Origin: Epithemia pelagica
Lineage: Eukaryota > Protista > Bacillariophyta
Reading direction: 5' to 3'
Assembly (NCBI GenBank): GCA_946965045.2
Contig: OX337240.1
Location: forward strand, 1,736,001 to 1,800,000
Length of the DNA stretch: 64,000 bases
Made by a program: the position numbers and the translations under genes. Below the pieces are notes generated by a model. It did no database searches, was not told the origin of the DNA, and saw nothing but the letters and a program-made list of their open reading frames with translations. Of the stretch, positions 1 through 10,872 are shown in pieces; the stretch's first letter is position 1, and each line of letters opens with the position of its first letter.

Positions 1-477
1 ATAAGAAACCAGTGTGTCATGGCCCCACAACGATCGAAAGAGTGGCGTAAAAAGAGTGCACCCCCAACCAAAAACGCTTCGCGCCAGGCCACTTTTACAA
101 AGCAACGTACCGCCACATTTTCACTTTTCCTACATCTTGGGGTTGTCGTTCCCATTAGTCTATATTCGTACAGTAATGATTGTCAAGGACCCTTCTCGGA
201 CACTCAGTTGATATCTTTTGCGTATTATAGTCGCATGTGGATGATACATGACGAAGTAGTAGTTGGGGACTCCATGATGTGGTGTGGCATTTCTACGGTG
301 GTCGACTCTACGTTGTTGTTGTTGTTGTTTTCGGTCGTGACACCAGGAATTGGAATGAACGATGCCTTACCATGGCAAGAATCTCTGAACAATTTCGTTG
401 TTGCTTCACTGGACGGTTTCTGCACAACCGGCAAAAAACAGATTCATGAAGGAATAATATTTACCACCCACAAAATC

Positions 478-3400
478 TCAGTGATGATAGGGCGGAACCT
501 TTTGAATTTCCTGCGAAGTCGCAAACCAAAACGACACATGAGCGCCAGTAAGAGCACAGCGCCTTGCTTTGAAAGCGCATTAAATGCTTGACGGTCCAGT
601 TCAAACGTACCGTTTTGAGATCAAGTATCTCTGCTTTCAAGTCTCTCTTGACATCATTCACTAAATCAGACACAACATGTTCCATATAATTCATTTGACC
701 CGTCCATTCTTGTTCGATGGTTTCATGTTCCGACACAGACTCCACCTTTTCCTTCTCCAAACCAAACAAAAAACTCGAAATGGTACGAACCAACCCATGA
801 TTGAATTTTCCAAGGGCATCGTACATGAACTCCGTGTTGTCGGGAAGTATCCAACGAAATGCATCGTCCAGGAGAAAGGTGGCGACCACCCACAATCCAG
901 CTCCCAACAAGAGGGCAAGAACCACAACTGAGATAAAAGGTCAATGCAAAACACGTCAGTGCCAAACAGATATTGTGAGCGAGTACCACAGATGCTAAAT
1001 TTCTCTGTATCGCGACAGTTTCTCAAACTTACGAACCACAAAGTACGCAATGTCTTTTGCCTGAGACGACCCGCCCAAGGAAAAGGCCGCAGAGACAATC
1101 CATGCCTCTGTGAACAAGGCCGTGGTGAGAATTGCAATTAACACCAACCACCGTCCCAAATGCGTGATACGATTCCATCGCAACTGGTTGCCAGAAAGGT
1201 CCGTCTTTGGCCGGAGGCGCCGCCGCCGTCTTGGTTTCAAAAAGTTCTCGAGAGCTTCGTTTTGTGCGACAAACATGATTCGAGCACGGCCAAACAACAC
1301 TTGACCCCGCAACGTTGCCTTTTCGTACGAGTCGGCAATAATCGCAATGAGAACATTCAATAGAACAATCACTCCAAACATGGTAAAGACAACAAACAAA
1401 ATGGTTGTTCCATGTGTCGCAATCAAATTGTCCAACTCGACGTCACCCACCAGCATACCCTGCACATGCAACAATAATGGTACAGTCGAATAGGTCCTGT
1501 AAGCGACAATCGTAGTATCAAGTGTTAAACGGATTGCACATTACTTACATAGACTCGAATATAGGATTCCGAGGACGAGGAACAGAAATCTTCAATGGCC
1601 TCCGATTCAAACTCTCCCTTTTCACAGTAGTCGCCATTGTCTTTTTCGCTCACAGCCAAGTGAAGCATATCTATAGACACCAAAATCACTCAGATGATTG
1701 TCCCTGAAACTCCCGTAAAGGATTGACAAAACTAGAAAGGTACGTACCTCCAAACATAAAGACGCAGACTGCCAACACTAACACAAAGAATCGAATATCA
1801 TAGAGGATTTGCGACAGTGCCATGATAAAGGTTGCCATATCCTTGTTCACCACTTTCAGAAAGGCCAACACTTTGATCCAGAGCAATCCCACCACAAAGG
1901 CATTGAGGCCATTTCGAGATTTGCTATCATGTCCATTGAGAAAGGTTGTAATCACGGTAAGAACAATGGCATTGAAACCAAAAATGTTCCACATGTCGAG
2001 TAGATATCCCTGAAAGGCCCCAGTGCACACGGCCCCACATGGCCCAACTCTCGCTCACGGTACGAAGAAGATAGTGAATGCAGATGATGTAAATGTCCGC
2101 CGATACCACAAGGACTTCATAACGAACGAGCAGAAAACAAAACAACATGAAGTACAACGAACATCAGTCCACGCAATACGCAATTCTTGCACTCCCCGAT
2201 AGATATTTGATGCTTCCTTACCTCGTTGATGAGTTTCCGGTAATTTTGGTTTCACACCCGCCGTATCCCGAAACGTAGCCATGAGACATAAATGAAGGAC
2301 CAAATCAATCAAGACCAACCCTAATACAAAGGGTCGACTGAGTTTGTTGGACATGGCATGCCACACGACGGGTGTCGATGCGGCACGTTCCATTTCTCGT
2401 GTTTTCAACGTGACCAAGGTGGCAATGACACCCTTGAGGTCACTAATTTCATCAAAGACACCTTGGCGGAGCGATTCGTACTGTCGCCAATCACTCCGCA
2501 AGGCAGCACCAAATCCACCAGTGTAATCATCAATCGACGTATGAGATACCATCCACAAAAAGTCCACCGCCCGTTGCGCTGGTATCCCACCGTAATGCAA
2601 CATGTCAATCAACCACATGTCCACGACGCTTGGGCATAGTAATAAACGACGGACAATGGGAAGTTCCAGGGCGCGAGCTCGAGAATCGGCACCGTCATCT
2701 TCGACCAACAAAATGGTGGGGACCAAACGAGGCAATCGTTCCAACAAAGCTTGCATCAAAATGGTTCGTTCATCGCCACCCTTGATTCGTTGGTGTCCAG
2801 TGCGGCCTCCAGTGGTGGTGGAAGTGGCCTTGAAAGCAGCTCGTAAATTGGTGTGTTCGTGATGAAAGGTGGGCAAGGCCGCATTCCGTCCCAAAACATT
2901 GAGTTTGGTCGAAAGCATGGTCAAACACCATTCGGCTTCATGCCAAAGTTCCACGCGAGGGAACAAGATGTGTCGTGTACTGCGAGACGCTGGATAGGTC
3001 CAACTCTTTGGATCCTCATCGTTCTCGTCGTCATTGTCCAGTGCAAAATCCGATCGAGCCGTATAGTCCTCCTGGAGTTTTTGCTGATCGTGTGCCCATT
3101 GAATCCAGTCGGCCAAAATATTGCAAAATGGAATATAGCCCTCTTGATCGGGTGTAATGATAGCCAGGGGGAATTCATTGATTAAATGATTGGCAAAGAC
3201 GGTCGCCGTCTGGGAAAAGGATGCCAACAAGGTCTCATTGTCCGCCAAGATATGCAAGGGATACCGTCCTCGAAAATCCTGGACACGAATGGCGTCTGGA
3301 TATTGATTGTAACAATCCCACAATTCTTCCAGGGTGACGGCCGATTTGGCACATAATTCATGCAAGTGTGTGGGTGCCACGCCACCTCCAATTCCCATGT

Positions 3401-4667
3401 TACTACTAAAGTCGCTGGTGGTTTCAGGGTTGTGGGGAGTATCGCTGTCACTAGAATCATGTAGCGAGACAGGGAAGCGACTGCTGTCACTGTGATGAGT
3501 GTCCTGATCGTCCTCCATGCCGGTTTCAATGACACGTTCCGTGCCTCGACTTGTTATTTGTACCATGCCAGATTTTTGTGGTTGTTGTGGGAGAGTTGTC
3601 ATTGATGGTTGGGAACGATTCTTGGTATAACTCCGCATGGCTCGTCGTTGAAGGCGAATTTCTTCCGGAATGCTTCGTTTCAAGGTGTGCATATTGAGGA
3701 CAGTTTCCATCAATTCTTCCCATCGTTGTTGCTGTTGTTGCTGTGGTGGTGGTGATGGTTGGGACTGTGGTTCATGGGACTTGGTAGGAGGAGGAGAAGA
3801 CACTGGATGGAGGGACCGTACCGAAGAAGCCGACGACGACCCCACTGATGGCCTCCGGAGGACAGGAGGACGATCAGAGTTGGAGGAGCCACCACTTGTT
3901 GTTCGGGGAGTCGACCATGAGGATGCGTTGGAATAGGATCGTCGACGTCTTTGTTGTTGTTGTGGAATCAAGGGTGGTCGTGACGATGCAATGGGTTGTA
4001 CTTCATCCTTTTTCTCATTGTCCCTTTCCACCAAAGAGTCGACAAAGAGAGCTTCAATGCCATTGCCATGCGATGGAACCTGTAAAATGTCGCCATTCGT
4101 CGTACGAATGGTCCAGGAGGGAGGAGCAGTATGGTTGGTTGTAACTTCTTGTTCCTCGTCTACGACATACGCATGACTGGCATTGTCGTTGGGAAGAAGC
4201 AAGGGAACCGAGTCATTTTCTTCCATGTCTAGCTGTTCTTCGTCTTGTTCGGGAACAGCATCTGGACGACCTCCTCCTGGACAGGGCAACCAGGAATTCG
4301 AAGAGTGCATAATGAGATGGTGCGGATTGCAGTCTGGTAAGGTGGATGACTCATGGTCTGTGATTACTGCTTTGGTGTTGTTGTCCTTCTTTGGTTCGTT
4401 CGTCTGCACAGCCACCGAGGAAGGATGGATCCGAATGGAACCGGAAAAATTGGACACGACAATCGATGTGTAATATGGTCCCTCTTGGACATGGTCATGA
4501 TTCTTGGTCGTGGCATTGGTGGTGGTATGGTCCTTATCGTTTGGTACCAATTCCAGAGTCAGGGTAGAAGACAAGGGATACAAGACGCGGCAAGAAGAGG
4601 AGGAATCAGGACCTTGTGGATGATTGTGACTGGAAGAGGAGGAGGAAGAAGAAGAGGACAAGGGCAT
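478..4667 (-). CDS. Ankyrin-like repeat + TRP-type cation channel, paralogue 1 (about 1236 aa, 6 exons; 1-nt frameshift at 2033-2036)
   Basis: Exons read by hand with GT-AG introns: 4667-2222, 2114-1748, 1670-1549, 1459-1033, 927-611, 510-478. Ankyrin-like PTHLHELC...DFRGRYPLHIL, TM helices, turret C-x13-C, filter LVGD, S6 LLNVLIAIIADSYEK. Exon 2 is 367 nt, one more than phase requires; removing one base of the CCCC run at 2033-2036 restores WAMWAVCTGAFQGY, matching paralogue 2 (WAMWAVSTRAWKGY). The short last exon is least certain. Confidence 0.85.
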
Positions 4668-5567
4668 TGTTGTTTGGTCCCTCGATATGGTGCTGATAAT
4701 ATTGTAGAACGACCTGGTACTTTTAGACAATGCTTCTCGCAGAGAGAAAGGAAGCAAACGAGAATGAAATCCAGAACCTTGTTTCCGAGAACAAACGCAA
4801 CAATGTCGTCTCTAATATCGATTGCTGATATTATTGTCAAGTTGTTTTGGATCGCTGACAGGAATTCAATGAATGGAAGAAAGGAAGAGACAGTTGAACC
4901 GATTGAACATGACAAGCAGAAAAATGTGCCCCAAACAACGATGGACCCAATCAACCTCAGAGGACCGACGACGACGACGACGACTTTTTTCGATTCCTTC
5001 GCTGTACACTCTGTGCTTGCCTGTTGTGACGGCTGCGCATCCAGGGCACCCCACCCGGCTCGGAATCATGTTTCTCCGATTCAACGCACGCGCGCATGTC
5101 TCTCGCGCACCTCCCGTTGGTAGCGTCAAAAGCAGATACTCTCCAGCGGTTTCGAGTCATGAGTATTAGTGATCGGCCCAGCGCTGGTGGGGCTGCGCCG
5201 GGTATTGGGAAATTAGAAGTCGACCTATGCGCGAGAAAAAGCGAATCGAACGCACGATCCAAAAAAAGAAACAGACAACACAAACAATGGTGTCACACCA
5301 AATGGATACGAGATCCTACACATACCCGTAGCATATCGTCCAGAGAAAACAGAACCATTCGGCACAAACCTCAAAACAGGGACGAGATCGAGAGAGAGAG
5401 ATTACAAGTGTCACACGATTCCGTTGAACGAGTGCTCCGAGGCCGCAACACAAATAAACCGAACCACAAACAATCGCAACCAACAACAACAACAACAACT
5501 CTTTGCTGATCAAAGCAAACCGTACTGAACCAAACACAAGAAACTAGAACAAGCCTCATTCCTCATC

Positions 5568-7721
5568 ATGACAACGACAACAACAACATCCACAACGACA
5601 TCCGTCTTGCGCATTCGGATAACCGGCACTGGCAATAACGACGACGACAACAACGGTTGGATTCATACCATTCCCAATCGTCACGTGATTGCCGCTCGAT
5701 CACTCTATTTTGAACAATTGCAAGGATGGCAATGTTCTTCTTCTTCTTCCATGGATGCTTCGTCCATTCACGGTCTGGATCCTCCCATTGAAGAAAAGGA
5801 TATTCCGGCTGTGGCGGTGGTAGCCTTTTTGCAAGCCTTGGAACAAGAAGACAGTACTACTGCGAACAATGACGAGTTTGATCTAGAGGGATTTCAACAA
5901 ACCATGGCAGCTTCCGTCTTGGCCAAAACGTACAAGAAGGAATTTGTCCAACGACAACATTATTACTTTTATCGATTGTGGCATTACTTTGGTTGTCACC
6001 AAGCCGTTTTGGAAAATTACATTGAAACCCTTAAGGCCAAGGAACGTGTCGACTTGCTTCAAGCCTGCGTCCAATGGACACCCCCTGATACGGCCACGGC
6101 TCGAGAAAAGGACGAAAATACTCCCTCCAACTCGTCTCAGGACACTTCCACTACTGATGGAGGATTGGCCGTCCTATTGTTGGATCGTTTGTTGACCTTG
6201 CCCCAATTTTTTGACAATACCACCAAACTCAATGTTCCGTTGGATCGAACCTATTGTGTCAGTGTCCCCGCCGCCGCGGCCTTGTTGCGCGCTCGTGTGG
6301 AAACGGCACCACAAACAGATTGGTCACCGGCCAACTGGGCCGGGTGGGCTTGGCACAAGAGTGTCAAGACGGTACGTGGAGGACAGGAACCAGATTGGAT
6401 GGAACGATTGTCGCCGCAAACCTTTGCCCTCTTGACCTTGTCCAAATTTGCTCGTCCGAATCCTACAACGATTCATACGAGCAGTACGAGGGACGACGCG
6501 ACCACTGTCGAAGCGTCATTCACTTCTTTGTGTGAAGGGTGGACCCCCGAAACGGTGGCCCTTATATTCCAACATTTACCCCCCACGCTCCCCAGTGGCA
6601 GCAGTCCCAATGGCACTAGCAACAACTCGTCTTCTTCGGCCATTGCTTTTGGCAAACCGGAGGGCATGGAAGACTTGGTGATTCTCGCCTTGAAGCATGG
6701 AATTCCCCTTCCTCCTTTGATTTACACGGCCTGGCCCAAATGGTCCGATTTGGATTTGGCCAAAATTGCCCTAGCCTTGTACCAATCCAATCGACTGGAG
6801 GAGATACTCCAGTTTTCCAATCCCTTGGCCATGATGCAAGCCGTGTGTCGTGCCCAGTGGCCGCCCACAACCGTGGTACCACCGGAACGGGCCTGCGCGA
6901 CGGCCCTGCTCGAAAATCAAGGGGGTGTGGCCTCACTCATTCAAGAACTGGACCAAAAATGTCGTGCCGACAAGGATGATGGTTTGGAACGATCACGGTG
7001 GTTGGCCCAACTTGCCGTCTTTCTGCAAGCGCGACAGGCCTTGGCTCAAACACTCCAGGCGCAGTCGTCCGCCACTGGTACCGACGATTCCTTGACCCAC
7101 AAGGGACCAAGAGCACCCGTAGCAGCGACGGCACCACCACCTGCCGTGGTGGCAAGCCTCTTTCGATGCTTGTTTTTACGAGCAGATTTTGACCCGTCGC
7201 TCCCACCCGAATGGTTGGGACTGCTTTGGCTGGATCGGGATCGAATTGGTAAACGAGCTGTGGAACAAGCCATTTTGTATTTGGAAGCTGGCATTGATTC
7301 GCGTGTCTTTCCGCAATTGCCATGGAACAAGCACTTGTCTCCCGACAAGTTGGTGCGTCTGGTCCGTGCCTTGCAATTGGTGGAAGAAGCCAAAGATTCC
7401 ACTTCTTCACCCCGTTCTCTTTCGGGTTTGTGGGGCTCTTTGGATTTGACGGCCGTCCCCAATTCCTTGTTGTGGGCGATTCCACCTCCCGTCTTGGCGA
7501 GTCATGCCGTCGTGCACAATCGGAATTTGCAGGCAACGGTCGCCGCCTTGCTGGACCGGGTGCAAACATTAGAAGCCACCTGTCAGCTCTTGGAACGAGA
7601 ACACAAACAAACGGAACGGAAGCAAAAGCAACAACAACATCGACAAGATCAACAGGAACGACGATTTCGGAAACATGAACGAGAACAAGAAAATCATGCC
7701 AAGATGGAAACCATTCGATGA
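5568..7721 (+). CDS. Hypothetical 717-aa protein with BTB/POZ-like N-terminal motif and C-terminal coiled coil
   Basis: Long single-exon ORF. HVIAARSLYF...IEEKDIPAVAVVAFLQAL resembles the BTB consensus HxxVLAARSxYF...FxxFLxYLY. Q/E/R/K-rich C-terminus. Confidence 0.6.
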   Translation: MTTTTTTSTTTSVLRIRITGTGNNDDDNNGWIHTIPNRHVIAARSLYFEQLQGWQCSSSSSMDASSIHGLDPPIEEKDIPAVAVVAFLQALEQEDSTTANNDEFDLEGFQQTMAASVLAKTYKKEFVQRQHYYFYRLWHYFGCHQAVLENYIETLKAKERVDLLQACVQWTPPDTATAREKDENTPSNSSQDTSTTDGGLAVLLLDRLLTLPQFFDNTTKLNVPLDRTYCVSVPAAAALLRARVETAPQTDWSPANWAGWAWHKSVKTVRGGQEPDWMERLSPQTFALLTLSKFARPNPTTIHTSSTRDDATTVEASFTSLCEGWTPETVALIFQHLPPTLPSGSSPNGTSNNSSSSAIAFGKPEGMEDLVILALKHGIPLPPLIYTAWPKWSDLDLAKIALALYQSNRLEEILQFSNPLAMMQAVCRAQWPPTTVVPPERACATALLENQGGVASLIQELDQKCRADKDDGLERSRWLAQLAVFLQARQALAQTLQAQSSATGTDDSLTHKGPRAPVAATAPPPAVVASLFRCLFLRADFDPSLPPEWLGLLWLDRDRIGKRAVEQAILYLEAGIDSRVFPQLPWNKHLSPDKLVRLVRALQLVEEAKDSTSSPRSLSGLWGSLDLTAVPNSLLWAIPPPVLASHAVVHNRNLQATVAALLDRVQTLEATCQLLEREHKQTERKQKQQQHRQDQQERRFRKHEREQENHAKMETIR

Positions 7722-8217
7722 TGGAGCGCCGCGCACGAGAGAGAGAATGCAGTCTCCTCACAAGAGGTATCAAACATACCTACGACTTGTCTGTTGCGTA
7801 TTCTATATTAAATTGGATTTCATCTGGGTGATATTCCATGTTGCGTATTGTGTCACCCACAATCCTTCACGAACCAGAGAAAGTCGTCATCCTTTGGACC
7901 ATTTTCTCTCTCTACGGCATTCATACACGGAAAGCATTCTATTTCATTCATTGGTAACGAGGAATACTAGTGGTACATCATATTATTATTATTGCTATTG
8001 TTGGACTCTTGTTTCATAAACTCCATCCATGGCAAGTTGGATCGACACAAGCAAGTCACTTCTTGTGTGTCTCATTTTCGAGAAAAAGCAGATGACCATG
8101 ACCTGATCGAGACAAACACCCAAGATTCAACGAGTATCTTTCCCATTTACTCTATCCGTATCTGTATCTGTAGTACTCCTTTGACTGAACGTGAGAACAC
8201 GGCAGGGTGAGAAAAGC

Positions 8218-8437
8218 CCGCATCGTACAATACCGCTCAGGTCAAGAAGGGACCGACGGACGAACGATGACCAAGTAATCACACCCAAAGAGTTCCTGAC
8301 TGAATGAGTTGTGTTGGGACGGTCATCGGAATGACTGTCCCAACAAAGTTTCAACAATCATAAATTGTTGGAAAGAAGCTTTGTGAAGTGCACCGTTGGA
8401 TTTGATCACCCGTTCGGTTCTTTACATTCTTCTTTCG
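8218..8437 (+). repeat. Split direct repeat A1 (copy A2 at 17714-17928)
   Basis: CCGCATCGTAC...CGCTCAGGTCAAGAAGGG...TTTACATTCTTCTTTCG occurs in both. A1 has 5 extra nt (AATAC) near its 5' end. Confidence 0.95.
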
Positions 8438-8505
8438 TTTCGGTTTTGTTTTGTTCTCCCTGTTTCGACCGTGCCAACCACCTCATCCTTGTCATCTTTT
8501 TCGCG

Positions 8506-10869
8506 ATGTTTGAGTTTGAGTGGGGAAGTACTCCGGATTCTTCGCCTTCTGTGGGGTCGTCAGGTGAGTCTGCTGTTATTGTGACCGGGGGGGGGGGACC
8601 CTTCGTTCGGGTTCTCTCTTCGGTGTTGTTCGTCTCGAACAAGATACGTTTGACGCGTCTTGTCGGGGCATAATTGGGGCTGGGCAGCGGGTATGTGTTC
8701 GGGTTGGTTGTTCGGTAGCTTCGCATGCCGTCAAGAAGCAGTCCTGGAGTAAGTTGGTGGGCGATGACCCTTCGGGTATTTTTATTCGCGGTGTGAGTGG
8801 TTCTTCAAGTTCCGATGCACTGGAAACGGTCTTCTGTCAACCAGTTCTTCCGGGCAATTGTGTTCGATCTATCGATTGGAACGAAATGGAGCTTAGCCCT
8901 CGTTCTCTCGAGAGCTGGCAAGCCACCTTTGCATCCCTCAAGCATGCGGCATCCGAGGCAGGCGACGAGGTGGATCTCACAACAGTTGCCAAGGTCATGG
9001 AGAACACCAAGGCGGAGTTCAAGTTTGTTGCGATGACCCCTAATCCCAAGAGAGCGGGAAAACGTGGTCACGAGTATATGGTAGAAATGCTTACTAGTGA
9101 AGATGAGGAGGACCTAGATGTTAAACCTTCGGCCATGGAGACTCTGCAGAAGAAACGTTCAGTGGCACCATGGAAGGACGTTCCCGAAGACATTGGAAAC
9201 CAACAGGCCACTCCGAGCGTCAAGGTACTGCAAGGAGGAGCTTGGGGCAATTTGGTGGCAAATGTGAACACGCTTCGTTTGGAACATGAGAAGGAAGGCA
9301 AGGAAAGAGATCTGATGGAGGCATCTCTGGATGATGAGATCGAGAGGCTCCATGTCAAGCTATCTGTCATCCATGCATTGTTGGGTGAACGACCTGCAGA
9401 GTTTGGCACCCAGTCTGCTTTTGAGATTTTAGCACATTGCATGACTACGGTCCACTCTTTGCAGGACGTGGTTGGAAAACGGTTGGACAAACCGATCAAT
9501 CCTGAAGTTTTGAGTCGTTTGGAGGCTGTGGAGCGAAAGGTGGAGCAAGCGATGACATCTTCGAAGTTACTCGTCCAGGAAGGGCTGGAGAAGTTTTTCG
9601 GCGACAAGAGTGACTTTAGGCAGCAGTTTGTGAACCCAACACTGTCTCTTCTTTCTCGGTCCTCATCCCACACTGGGGACCCAGGAGGCAAGTGGGCAGC
9701 TCTTTTCTCTGACATGATGACACGTATATCGGCGTTGGAACAGAGCAAGCAGTCAGCAGGCATGTCTCCGAATTTCGGCGGGGGGGGGAGGTGCATTTGG
9801 TTGGGCTACTTCTTCGTCAAACCTTGGTGGAATTACGAGTGCTCCTTCTGTGAGTTTTGCGGGCACAGGGTCGACGGTTTCGAAGGACGATTTTTCTTTG
9901 ATGCGAGAGGAGTTGTCTCGGATGAAGGAGGAATTGAAAGAGTTACGGTCGGAGGTAAAGGATCTCCAAGATCAAGCGGAGACTGAAGCGATTGTTGTTG
10001 GGTCGATTGTATTCACAACACGGGGGTTCTGCGTTTCTTGGATGGCGCGTCACGATGTCACTGCGGATCCACATGTCTTCGTGGACGCGGTTTCTCTGTT
10101 GTCGCTAGCGACGTCGGATGTCAGCTTAGATGAGGAGCGCGCGGCCAACTTACGTGCTACCACGGCCAAGGTGAGGGATAAGACGCCGTACCACACGGCA
10201 TATATCGCTTCCTTTAACCTTGAGGTGCCTCCGTTGTTGGGTAAAGGATCGGACCAGTCTCAGACAACCAATTCAAGAGCGCTGGGCGGAGCTCCGAAAT
10301 TCGAAGACTTTCATCCACCATCTGGAAGGGAAGGCATTCACCAGAGAATCCTGGATCACGTGAAGGACAGAAGACGCACTTTGGAACAAGCAATTAGTGA
10401 CCTGTTCGCCTTCGGGACGGAACCGGCCAGTGTGGCACACGAATTGCTGCTTCAGAGCAAGACCTTTTGGGACGATCTCTGTCATTGGATCGTGCGATAC
10501 CACCAGCAAGTGCAAGCGGTAAGTGAAGCCAGTTCTCAGGAGGTTTGGATTTTGATTTCCCATTGCGTCCGTGCGATCTTTCGAAGTCTCCGAGAGGCAC
10601 GTGCACCAGGTCGTGCAACAAACACTCCGGCTGGCATGCTTTGGGGCACTTTGCGTGCTCATGAAGTGATGAAGGATTATCGGCAGGCAGACTTCAGTGG
10701 TCATCCCAAGATTGCATTAATCCTTCATGAACACTTGATTCGTTTCGCAACACCGCGATCCAAGTTTTCTGCACTCAAGTCAGGACTGGAAGATCGTATG
10801 GAGAAATTGCAGCGATCGGTGAATTCGGTTGTGGCGGCGAACAACAAGGGATCGAGCAAGAAAGCTTGA
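8506..10869 (+). CDS. DIRS ORF1 (gag-like), with two frameshifts in G homopolymers
   Basis: ATG 8506 (MFEFEWG). The frame change at G11 (8587-8597) reads GTLRSGSLFG...CRGIIGAGQRVCVRVGCSVASH (C-x10-C-x4-C-x4-H) into ORF 8754. The second change at G9 (9780-9788) reads GAFGWATSS... into ORF 9850-10869, ending KGSSKKA*. Confidence 0.75.
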
Positions 10870-10872
10870 TCC

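Noticed and set aside
14-460. Short ORFs at the window start (19-591 +, 225-434 -)
   Set aside because: No recognisable motifs; they overlap the 3' end of channel 1 and cannot be distinguished from UTR or a truncated neighbour.
4353-5123. 256-aa + strand ORF and other long antisense ORFs (6937-7773, 20646-21455, 27724-28410, 29689-30456, 33012-33629)
   Set aside because: Shadow frames of real genes caused by trinucleotide-rich, stop-poor coding sequence; no independent motifs.
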